A stretch of 64,000 nucleotides of DNA from Salpingoeca rosetta (Eukaryota; Protista; Choanoflagellata), in NCBI GenBank assembly GCA_033442325.1, contig JAWQFM010000015.1:1144060-1208059 (forward strand). The letters run 5' to 3'. The notes beneath the pieces were generated by a model that did no database searches, had not been told where the DNA came from, and saw nothing but the letters and a program-made list of their open reading frames with translations. A program made the position numbers and the translations under genes. Below, one piece after another: positions 1 to 24,423 of this stretch (its first letter is position 1; every line of letters begins with the position of its first letter).

Positions 1-135
1 CATGCTCCCTCTGTGAGCGTGTGTTGTGCGCGCGTGACTTTTTTGATGGTTGCGCCCGCCCACTACCTGTCGTTTCTCCGATGTCATCGTCACTGCTGCT
101 GCTGCTGCTGCTGCTTGCCTCCTTCCCCAACACAG

Positions 136-12914
<12,779 letters not shown>

Positions 12915-13597
12915 TGAGCCACCGACCGACTTGTGTGGTAGCAACGACTGACGACGAATCAGCAAGAAGGCGTCGTGCTGACGCATGGAGCCCAGGCCAT
13001 GCATTCATGTTTGTGTTTGGCCTTGGACCGGTGCTTGCTTGCTTGCTGAGACGTTGATTCTGACATTACACAGCATCCACCCGTGAAATCGCACACGACT
13101 ACCCAAGTGTGAACCACCACTGTTGAAGTGCTCGCACACACATACACACATACACACACGCACGCACGCACGCGCACACCATCACACACACACACGTACG
13201 CGCGCTGGTCGCATGTTCAATTCACAAAGGAGTGTACTCTTGGCTGACGTTCTTGTCGTACACAAGCGACACATTAGGAATAAGACACACAGCAAGCAAT
13301 GCAAGCAGCTACACACATTTGCACGAACACATTCAGTCATTCGCACGCAAAGTAAGGCGGGAAATGAGTGTACACAGGTGCAAGGCAAGAAAGGGGAGCA
13401 ATAACTGACACGAGGGGCATGACATGATAACCCTGCCCTGCTCCTGGGATGTTGGAACAGGTGAGTGATTCTTCGTGTGCATCGAGAAGCCGCGAGTGGT
13501 TCCTGACCACAAACTGGGCGTTGGCTAATCGGACACGCGCGTGCAACTTGGGAGACGGAAGGGCGTGGAGGCGGGTGCAGAGCGTGGCGGTCCCCGC

Positions 13598-14581
13598 CTA
13601 GATTTGCTGCACGTCAGCATCAGACTGGCGCTGCTGCTTGCGGCGGAGCAACACCACGGCGACGACGACGAGGGCGAGGAGGATGAGCGCACCAACAACG
13701 CCGCCAGCGATGGCACCGGCGTTGCTGCCCGTGGACCGGTCTGTGTTGTCGGGCGCGCTTGTGGCGTCTGGTGGTGGTGTCGCGTTGCCGACGTTGCCAT
13801 CGTCGCCATTGTCGTCATTGTCGTCCGACGGCCCGCTGTTTCCAACCGCGACTGGATCTGCTGTGGAGGAGGGCATGGCGGTTGTCGTCGTACTATCGGT
13901 CACGTTGGAGTCCTCGCAAGATGGCATCCAGAAGCATACCAAGCTCGCGCCGCAGTCTGTTCTCTGTTGGCGTTTGTGTGTTGAGGACAAGGAGCAGGAG
14001 GGAAACGGGCGTTAAAGCGTGAATGAGAAAGTAAAGGATGGTGTGTGCACTTGCATCCACACACACACACACGTACATACACTCACGTACATACACACAC
14101 ACTCACCTACATACAAACACACACTCACACACACACACACACCTACATACACACACACTCACCTACACATACACACACTCACCTACATACATACACAGGT
14201 TCACACACAGACTCTCTCACAGCATATATAGCACAGCAGGCACAACACGCACACGCATGTACATCAAGTCACATCACACGGTGTGCTTACGTTGAGGGAG
14301 AGGCAGGAGCTGTTCTTGACGGAGCAGCCAGAGTCTGCATCCCATTGGCAGCTTGAGTCGAGTTCGCACAGCAACTGCGTCGGCAGGACACACAGCGTCA
14401 ACAGCGGCTGGCATGTGCCGTTCACGGTGCAGTTCCCATCGGCCATGCAAGCGTCTTCGTCGATGCCATGATCGCTGCAGTTCTGCGCCATAACCGTGGG
14501 GATGGTGACGCCCGCCGACAGGAAGACGAGGCAGGTGGCGGCGATGAACATGTGCATCGCCCAATGCGAGCTTCGTGCCAT
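13598..14581 (-). CDS. Small type I membrane glycoprotein with Cys-rich (PSI-like) repeats, about 218 aa, 2 exons (14581-14291, 13963-13598)
   Basis: Signal peptide (MFIAATCLVFLSAGVTIPTVMAQ), Cys repeats (CELDSSCQWDADSGC), phase-0 GTAAGC..CAG intron, S/T/D-rich stalk, TM AGAIAGGVVGALILLALVVVAVVLL followed by RRK. Confidence 0.75.
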
Positions 14582-14640
14582 CGTGCACAAGTGTATGTAT
14601 GTATGTATGGATGGATGTATGTATGTATGTATGTACGCGT

Positions 14641-14684
<44 letters not shown>

Positions 14685-15884
14685 CTGTGTGTGTCTGCGT
14701 GAGCTCTGAGGAGGAGGTGGTGGAGAGATGGAGGACGACGCAGGGCTTGCGCTGATCAGCACGCCGAGCAGAGAATGAAAAGGGGGCAGGCGAAGGAGTT
14801 GAGGCGACGGTGAAAATGGAGTGTGACAGCGGAGAGCCAAGGAGAAATGAACACCGTACTCAGTTCACATGGGTGTCACACACTTGTTGGTGTTGGCTTC
14901 GCCGCTCTGTTGCTGGTGGCTGGCAGACTGCCAGACTGGCGCATGGCATGTCAGCCTTGGTTGCTGCGCACATTGCTGTGCAGGGAATACATGCACGAAC
15001 ACCTGTTCCGCCCCCGCTCGTGGGGGTTTCGCAGGCATGGGGAGTGCGTGCGTGAGTGCGGTTCGTGCCATCCAGCATGCAAAGGTTGCTGCCGTCGTGC
15101 GTGCCTCTCTCACACACACAAAGTCAGCCAAAACCAGCCAGGTGGGGTGAGCGCCTTGTCTTGCTGTGGATTGTGTGCGTGCAACCTCGAGCAAGCAGTC
15201 GTCGAAGGTCTGAAGGTGGTTGCAAAGGAGGCCGCATGAAAGGAAGCACAAAGAAGCAAACGGAAGGGCTGTCTTAAAACGTGGTGCGCACGCACATCTC
15301 ACCCACGACGCAGCATGCACGCGCGTGAAAACTCCGTGTGAGAGAACATGCACCGCGCGCAAGCAAGGTTGCTGCTGCAGTCCTTTGACATTGGTTGTGT
15401 CACAGCAGTCATCGTTGTTGTTTTGTGGTGGTTTCTTTTTGTTTTTCTTTCTTTCTTTTTGTTGTTGGTGGTGGTTGTTGGCAAGAAGGAGTGAGCAATA
15501 TGGTGGCGAACAACAAACAGAAGACACGTTCCACGCTGCGTCGCACGCAATGGGCAAGGCTTGCTCGTGACAACGGCGTGGGGCGCTTGGGTTGGCGTGC
15601 GTTTAATGCAGGTGTCCGGAGCAATGCGAACGTCGTCGGTAAGGAGCAAAAGCACACGAGAAAGACGAGGAAGGAAAAAAAAACGGGACGCGGACAGGGA
15701 ACGCACGCAGATTAAACGCACATCACAAACACACATGGAACGTGCTTTGCACGCATCAAAGCAAACATGTTCAACACGAAACAACGGACACTGAGCGGTT
15801 TTGTGGTGCACCGCACACATGCAACTGAGTAGGAGAAACCGACAGCAACATAGCAGACACAACAACAAAAAGTCAATGCTACCG

Positions 15885-15973
<89 letters not shown>

Positions 15974-16112
15974 GACTATCATCAGTGGGAGTAGGAACAA
16001 GAAGCATGGAATGCAACAACCACTGACATACACATAGAAACTCGCACACACACATACACACATAAATGCACAAAGACACACAATACACACACAAAGACAC
16101 AAATGTCTCTCT

Positions 16113-19100
16113 TTAGGCAGTGGAAACAACGGCATATGACTGCTCGCGCTTCTTCTTCTCAGCACGCTGATGAAGGGCAATGGCCACCAAAAGGACGGTG
16201 ACACCAATCGCCGCTAGAATACCAGCAATCGCGCCGCCGCCAAGACCAGTCGAGTCATCAGAGCCGCCCTGCCTTCCGTCATCCGTCGTCGAAACAGGTG
16301 GCTCATTCGTCGGCCCGCCGTTGTTGCCTCCAGGTGGAAGCGTGCTCGAGCTTGGCGGCTCCGTCGCCTGTGGGTTCACAACAGCAAGACCGCCAAGCAG
16401 CGCGAGATCCTCGTCGCTCGCAGAGCCCGTCTGAGACGCCATCTGCTCCGCCAGCGTGCCTTGCGTAAACGAGTCCTCAATCGCCTGACTCGTCATGTTG
16501 GCGTCCGTTGTCATCACACCAACATCCAGCGAAATGTCACCCTCTGCACGGCGGCCGCGGCCCACCTCCACCGACGCAGACGTCACGCTGCGCACGCTCA
16601 CGTTGGCAGGAAGCAGGTTCACAACACCGGCAGCCAGGCTCACGGCCTCCGCAAGCTGGTTCGCGTCCAGGCGGCGGCTCAACGACGCAGTCACCATGAT
16701 GGAGAAGCGAACCTCAACAACAATGGATACATCAACCTCAACGGTAAAGGTGGAGGAACAATCGAGCTTGCACGCCAGGTAGTTGTCCCAGCACCGCGTC
16801 ACAGGCCCAGCACCGGCACGCAGGCAGAGGCGCAGATCGTTATTGCAGCACGCAAGACAGGACTCGCGACCAGCGGTGCACACAAGCTGCGATGATTCGC
16901 AGCTGCACTTGCGCGTCTCCGTGTTCCAGAAGCACCGGTTGTCCGTGTCACGGTACGCCCTCGACAAACACGACGTCTGCTGGTTGCACAGGCTCTGCCT
17001 AAACTCATCACTGCCCTTGAATGAATTAACATCCTCACACGTTTCAGGTGGCGGCTGGCACTCGCCAGGGTACACGACCTTGACGTTGGCGCAGCGGGCG
17101 TGGCACACAGAGGGATATGTGGTGCCGTCCTCGCCACACGCCTCCATCGCGCCGTACTCGGGGCACCGCTCCTCGCACGACACACACACACCGCCATAAG
17201 CAACCTCAACCCCGGCCGAGCGTGCATAGCACACGTTGTCGTACGTCTGCCCATCAACGCCGCACACAAATGACTCCCCATACGACACGCACGGGTCCGG
17301 CTCAACCTCGCACTCCACGCTCTCGCCCGTCGTCGCATTCACCCACACCGCGTTGCACCCGTAGCACGGGTTGAACTCGCACACCGCATCCGGGTGCGCC
17401 TCGCACGTCGCCTGCGCACACGGGTTGTAGTCGCACGTGTACGCGCTCGCACACGGGCGGTGACACTGCGCACGCGTGCCATCGCCAACGTAAAACTCGG
17501 CCCGGCACCCACCGCACGTGTTCGCCCGGCACGTGGCCGTCGGATCGCCAGGGCACGTCGCGTCCTCGCACGGATCCCGCAGGCACGCATACGCAACCAC
17601 GCCAGGTGGGCACTGGTAGCTGTCGCCAGGCACATCGTCCGATGGCCTGGGCACATACTCCCCAGCATCAAAGCACAGGTCCTGCAGCGCATACGACTGT
17701 GGCCGCCGCGCGTACTCGTTCCGGTACGTCTGTCCAGACTTAGCGTCATATGTGGCCTGGACTTTCAACTCATATGCATCGATCACGGCCTGGTACTCAT
17801 CGCCACGTCGCATCCAGTTGATGTTCCTCCACCATGTTGGCAGCGGCTGCAGTGGCCGGCAGGTGCGGGTGGGCGGTTGATACGTCCTGTTCTGGATGCG
17901 CTCATACACTCCACGCTGCACGCGGTACACATCACGCATGTACAGCGGCGCGCCAGAGCCCGTTCCGCACCCGCGCTCGTCCAGCCCGTTCTCATCAAAC
18001 CCATACGCATCGTACCCGCGCACGTCAAAGCCATACCGGTCAGAGCCGTACATGTTGTTCGCGTCCACAGGCACGTCCACATACTCGCCGTCAGCGCCAC
18101 GCCCGTACCGGTCGCGCCCATACACGTCGCGGCCGTTGCTGTCGTAGCCGTCGCGGTTGTATTGCGGCCGCGTCGTGTTCACGTAGTAGCCCTCCGTCCC
18201 AGGCGTGCCGCCATACGCCGTCTCGTTGCATGGCGGGCTCTGTCCGGGCGCAGCATACACCACGCACAGCTGGGCCTCGCTGTCAAGCACCTCCGCGGCA
18301 GTCTTGGCAAACGGATCAAGCGTCATGTGCAGCATGGATGCAGGATACTGGTTGCCGTTGCCAAGCGTCACCTGCCAGTCGTACCACAGCTTGTCCACAA
18401 ACGCGTGGTGCAGGAAGAACAGCGGGTCATACGGCGAAGAATACGTCGCCATTGTGCCGCCCACAAACACATGCACGTCGCCGTGGCGCGCCTCAATCTC
18501 AGCTACAACCGTCGAGTAGTCTGTGCCCGCGAGAATGCCGGCAATTTCCGCAAACGACGGCATCGCCCAGCCCAGCGCCCAGTTGCGCTCAATGCACGGC
18601 GAAAACCCGGCAAAGGGGCCGTCCGTCACACACTGGTCCACGCCGTTGCCATTGCCGCCAACAACGTTCCACACGGGCGACGTCTCCGGCGACAGCGCAT
18701 CAATCGTCCAGTCCCAGTACGGGATGGTCACGTTGCAGTTACCGCTCACCTCCCGCAGCGTCAGCTCAAGCTGCTTCAAAAACTCGCGGTGCCACGGCCA
18801 GAACGCAGGGTTGCCGTGCGCCTGCGGCACAGCACCAAGGTGCGTGTTGGCAAACGCCGACCACATGTTGCTCTGCTCCAGCAGCACAACGGCGTCCGTG
18901 AACGCCTGCACTTCTTCAACCGTCATGTCGCGGATCTCCCGCCGCGTCGTCACAGCGCTGCACTCGCACGACACGCTGCCGTCGGTTGCACAGAAGCACG
19001 TCTGGCACCCAAACGTAAACGTCTCTCCAAAGTCGTACCGCTGCCCGCCATACACGCACTGCCGCGGCGCCTCCCACTTGGGGTTGCCGCACCGCCGCTC

Positions 19101-22100
19101 CTTGCACGTCTTGCCCTGCGCAAACGACACCACCTCAACCTGCCCGTCTCCGGTCTCCAGGGCCTGGCACGCACTGCGCGTCATCTGCTGGCACGAGAAC
19201 TCTGCGCCCTGGTACGTGCCGTCGTACCCGTATCCGTCCCGGTCGTACCCGGACCGGTCCAGCCCTGCGCGGTCTCGCCCAGTGGCGTCGTACTGCTCGT
19301 CGGCCAGGTAGCCAAACTGCTGCCCGTCACGGCTGTACGTCTCAGAGTACCCGCGGATGTTGAACCCGTACCCGTCTCGGCCCCGCGTGTCATATCCACG
19401 CTCATCCAGCCCATACGCATCGTAGCTGTTCCGAGTGAACGGTGCATATGTCAGGGCTCGCAACGAGAAGCCATCCCGTGCATAGCCTGTTCTGTTGTAG
19501 CCGTAGCGGTCGTAGCCACTGCGATCGTAGCCATAGCCATAGCCACCGCCGTTGGTGGGCTCCATGCGCCGGGTGCAGCAGGCGCCAACAGCACAGCGCT
19601 GCTCACACGCCTCCCTGCTCTCAAAGTTGTTGCTGTTGCCACCGCATCCACCGTACGTAAACTGCTGGCACTGCTGCGTCGGCTTGTCAAAGTACCACCG
19701 CCCAATGCTGGCCTTGCACGGTCCAGGAAGCGCAGGCTGCGCACACACTGGCTGGTACGTGTAGCTCCCGGCATCACACTTCCAGTAGCACGACCAGATG
19801 GCTTGGAGCAGAATCTGCGCCCGGCGGGTGGGGACAGTGATGCCATCGTAGCAAGCCTCGTCGCATGCACCGTTGCGTTGGCGCTGCTTCACCAGCTCGT
19901 ACAGCGCCTCACGGCATGGGCCGTAGCGCATGCACGCATCAAACTTGTCCTGGCACTCTCCAGTGCACCGGTCACGCAGCGAGCAATCAAGTGAGTTCAC
20001 ATCATCGTACGAGTCGTACACGGCGTCGTAGAAGTCGACAGAGCAGCGGCCGCAGTTGCTCACAACACACACGGCATCCGGATACGCGAGGCAGCGCCGG
20101 TCGCTGCACAGGTCGTCAGGGCAGTCCACCTGCGGCACACCGCGCGGGCACACGCAGCTCGGCTCAACCACGCCGTAGTCACGCAGATCCCACTGCGACG
20201 GCGACTGGCCCTCGTGCGAGAAGCACTGGTTGTCCTGCTTGTCTTCGTTGTCGCGGTGCCACACCTGCACAGTGACGTACACGGTCATGTTGCGCGGCAG
20301 CCCATCCGGCACAGCGCAGGTGATGGTGTCGCCATTGCTGCTCACCGCAGCCTCCGCATAGCACCCGTGCCACGTGCACGACAGCGCGCCAGTTGTCGGA
20401 TCCTCCACCCAGAACCCGCACGTTGCCCGCGCATGCACGCCATACGATGGATCAATGGCCACAGACACATCAACTGTCTCCGCATCCTCCGCCAACCCGC
20501 ATGCAGGCTCGACTTCAAACACCCGCGGCACATACTGCGGCCGGCACTCCGGCGCAGGGCACCGAATCTCAAGCACCGCGTAGTCGTACGCCTCCCACTG
20601 GGATGGCGACTGGCCCTCGTGCGAGAAGCACTGGTTGTCCTGCTTGTCCTCGTTGTTGGCGTGCCACACCTGCACGGTGATGCGCACAGGCCCGCTCGCC
20701 GGCATGCCGTTTGGCACCTCGCAGGTGATGACGTTCCTGTCCACGTCCACCGTCGCCGGCGCATAGCACCCGTGCCACGTGCACTGCCACGAGGAGCCGT
20801 CGCTCGTCGGCCGCCAGAACGCGCACGTCGCCCGCGCATCATCACCATACGTTGGGTCAATCCACACGCCAACCTCAACCGTGCTTGCATCCGCGTCCAG
20901 CCCACACCCGGGGTTCACCCGGTACACGCGCGGAACCGTGTCGTGCGCGCACACGGGCGCAGGGCAGTTGACAAGAAACACTCCGGAATCATACTCGCTC
21001 CAGTGGTACGATGACTGGCCCTCGTGCGAGAAGCACTGGTTGTCCTGCTTGTTGGCGTTGTCCTTGTGCCTCACCTGCACCGTTACCCGAACAAGCTCGT
21101 TGAGCTTCAGCCCCTCGCGCAGCGTGTACATTGATTGTGTCGTCAGCCGCATTCACCGTCGCTGCTGCGTAGCACCCTTGCCACGTGCAATACAGCCTGT
21201 TGTTCGTTCTGGCATCAGAACGCACACGTTGCCCGTGCATCTGCGCCGTATGTCGGGTCGATTGCAACAGACACGTTCACCGTCTGCGCGCCTTCCTCCA
21301 GCCCGCACGCAGGCTCAATGCCGTACACGCGCGGCACATACGCATCCGTGCACTCTGGACCAGGGCAGTTGACCGAGAACACGCCAAAGTCAAAGCCGCC
21401 CCACGAGTACGACGACTGGCCCTCGTGCGAGAAGCACTCGTTGCGCTGCTTGTTGGCAGTGTTGTCCTTGTGCCACACCTGCACCGTCACGTGCACCTCC
21501 TCGTTCGGTGGCAGGCCATCTGGCAGCGTGCATGTGATCACCGTGCCGGCCGCGTTGACGCTGGCCGCTGCGTAGCACCCATGCCACGTGCACGACAGGC
21601 GTCCAGTAGCATCAGGCAGCCAGAAGGCGCACGTTGCCCGCGCGTCATCGCCGTATGTCGGGTCAATGGCAACAGAGACGTCGATGGTGGTGGCGTCCTG
21701 TGCCAGGTCGCACTCGGGATCAATGCCGTACACGCGCGGCACGTACTCGTCTGTGCACTGCGGAACAGGGCACTTGGCCGTGAACTTGCCATAGTCGTAG
21801 TCGCTCCACAGGTACGACGACTGGCCCTCGTGCGAGAAGCACTGGTTGCGCTGCTTGTCTGCGTTGTCCTTGTGCCACACCTGCACCGTCACGAAGATGG
21901 ACACGTCCTCGGGCACGCTTGGCGGCAGCGTGCACATGATCGTGTCGCCTGCGGCGTCGACTGTTGCCGCTGCATAGCACCCGTGCCACGTGCACGACAG
22001 GCGACCATCGGCATTGCGAATCCAGAAGGCGCACGTTGCCCGCGCGTCCTCCCCGTATGTCGGGTCAATCGACACAGACACGTTCACCGTGCTCGAATCG

Positions 22101-24367
22101 CCAATGCCACACTCAGGCGACACGTCAAAGATGCGAGGCACCGTTTGCTGCGAGCAAGGGCTGCCAGGCTGCGTGCACGTGTCGCGTTTGGTCAGCAGCG
22201 CGTAGTTGTACGTTGAGCAGAACGGGGAGACGAGGTTCTGGGCGATGGACGGGTACAGTGTTACACGCAGCTTGACCTCGGCGCCATCGGCAAGAATGTC
22301 CCACACGTCAGGCAGCTCGCACGTCACGCTCACAAAGCCGTCACGGCTGGAAGGCGCCACCCATCCAAGCGTCATGCATCCGCTGGGTCCACACACGCCG
22401 TCTGTGTCATAGAAATGGCAGTACGCGCGCAGCACGCGGTCGGTTGCCTTCCACTGGCTGCCCACATTCACCGTCACCGTGTCCGTGCTCTCCACGCACT
22501 GCTGCTTCTCAAAGATGAACGGCTGCTCCGCCGGTGAGCACTCCTCGTGGCAGTCAAGCAGGCAGCTCGAAGCCTTGAACAGGAGGCTAGCGAATGTGTA
22601 TCCGGCCACGTAAGATGAACAGCTTGCATAGCATGTGCTGTCGCACGTCGTGTCAACGTGGGCATTGTAGAGGCAGTCAAGGGCCTGCTTGCACGCATCA
22701 TTGCGATTGCACCCTGAATCTGAGCGCGACACACATCTGCGTCACAAGTTGCCGTGCTGGGCGCAGATGTGCACTGCTCCTGCCACTGGCATCCGTTGAA
22801 GGTGCACGAGTCTGAAGAGGTGTAACGCGTGCAGGGGTTGCTGCGTCGGTTCACGTTGCACTTCTCCACGCTGCTGTCCCAGTAGCAGAACGAAGATCCA
22901 TACTGCACACACGCCGACTGGGACAAGAAGCCGCTGCATCGCTCCTCGGGCGCAGCGCACCGCTGCTCCCACTCGCACTCCGAGCTTGTACTGCACTCGT
23001 CCTTTGTCGGATACGTCGTTCGGCACTCCACCTCCCCAAGACACGTCTTGGTGCACGACACTGCGCGATCCAGCAGCCGGGCAGCGCCCACACTCAGGTC
23101 CGCGTACGCGTCGTTGAAGCACGCGGCATCACACGTGCCGTTCTCGTAGCGCGCACCAATAAACTCCCACGCCGCGCGGCAGTCTGCACGCTCGGTGCAC
23201 GGCTTGATGACAGATGCGCACCTCTCCTCCATGCACACTTTGGTGGGGTCCTCGGGCGGCACAGGCTCGTCGTACTCGCACTCCTTGCGCCACTCACAGG
23301 ACGATGACGAAGCCCGGCACAACGTCGCATCCTGCAAATCAGGCAAAGCAGAGGGGACGTGTACACGTGTGAGCATGCAAGGCTTGCATAAATGCGGAGC
23401 GACAATGACAATGGCAGCAAGTCCACACAAACTGGCAAACACACAAATGGCTGGCAGACAAGCAAGAACAGCACAAAAGACAAGACAATGTCACCATACC
23501 TGGTAGCTCAAGCATTCATGACGTTGGAGGTAGCACCAGTAGTTGTCTTCATCCCAGCTGCAGCGGCGATCAGATAAGCATGCGAGCTTCGTTTCTGCCC
23601 AGCAAAGCGTGTCGTCCTTTGGTGCACAGTATTGGTTCCTGCTGCAAAGATGATTGGCCTGGCACATTTCCTCGTTGCTCACGGCGCAGACAGGTGCAAA
23701 GTAGCAGCGCTTCTCGCACTTTGCCACCTCCATGAATGCAGCATGCTCCTCTGCAGTTCGCGACACCTGGTCCATGCACTCGTTCAAGCAGACGTCTGGG
23801 TCTGTGCACTCGCCTTGCTGGGATGGGCGAAGTGCGCATTCGTATGTTGCTCTGCAGCCTCCAGTGCACTTGCTCAGCGCGTCTCGGCACACCATGCGCT
23901 CGCAATACGTGCTGCCGTAATCGTCAAACTCGTGCTCAATAACCGAACGGAGGCACATCTCCTGCCATTGGCATTCGTCACGGCCATTGCACCTGCGCTT
24001 GTCCTGTTGTTGAACAGAAGAGAACGAGGGTACAAACAAGAGCGCACAGAGAGGCGGTAACGTAAGTGGCCAAGCTGAAACTAGGAGCGCAAACATGTGT
24101 AAAACGGAACGCTACCCAAGTTCAAACAGCTACAATGACTCCAAGTGTACGCGACCAACCTGATATTGGAAACACGGATGCTGAGCGAGGAAGCAGCCTG
24201 CAGCGTCCCACTGGCAGCCGTCTTCAGCCTCGCATGCTGTCATGTTGCTGTGCTGGCAGCGCGCAGTAGTGGGGCGGCATTGCTCAACGAGAGCACATGA
24301 TGTCTGTGCAGCACACGCATGCTTTTCACCACTGTACTGTTCGCAGAAGTCATCCAAGTTGGTTGTG

Positions 24368-24423
<56 letters not shown>

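Noticed and set aside
14600-16100. Possible small gene between the two membrane-protein genes
   Set aside because: No coherent exon chain or protein motif found; it looks like UTR or intergenic sequence.
17394-19994. 866-aa plus-strand ORF
   Set aside because: Antisense shadow of the GC-rich tyrosinase exon; no recognisable motifs.
21215-21217. TGA at a conserved Trp position as recoding, selenocysteine or readthrough
   Set aside because: Homology continues in a different frame, so readthrough would not restore the protein; an indel explains it better.
20150-22140. Regularly spaced conserved DNA blocks (GACTGGCCCTCGTGCGAGAAGCACT) as a CRISPR-like array
   Set aside because: Spacing is about 400 bp, the intervening sequences are homologous coding sequence, the context is eukaryotic and no cas genes are present.
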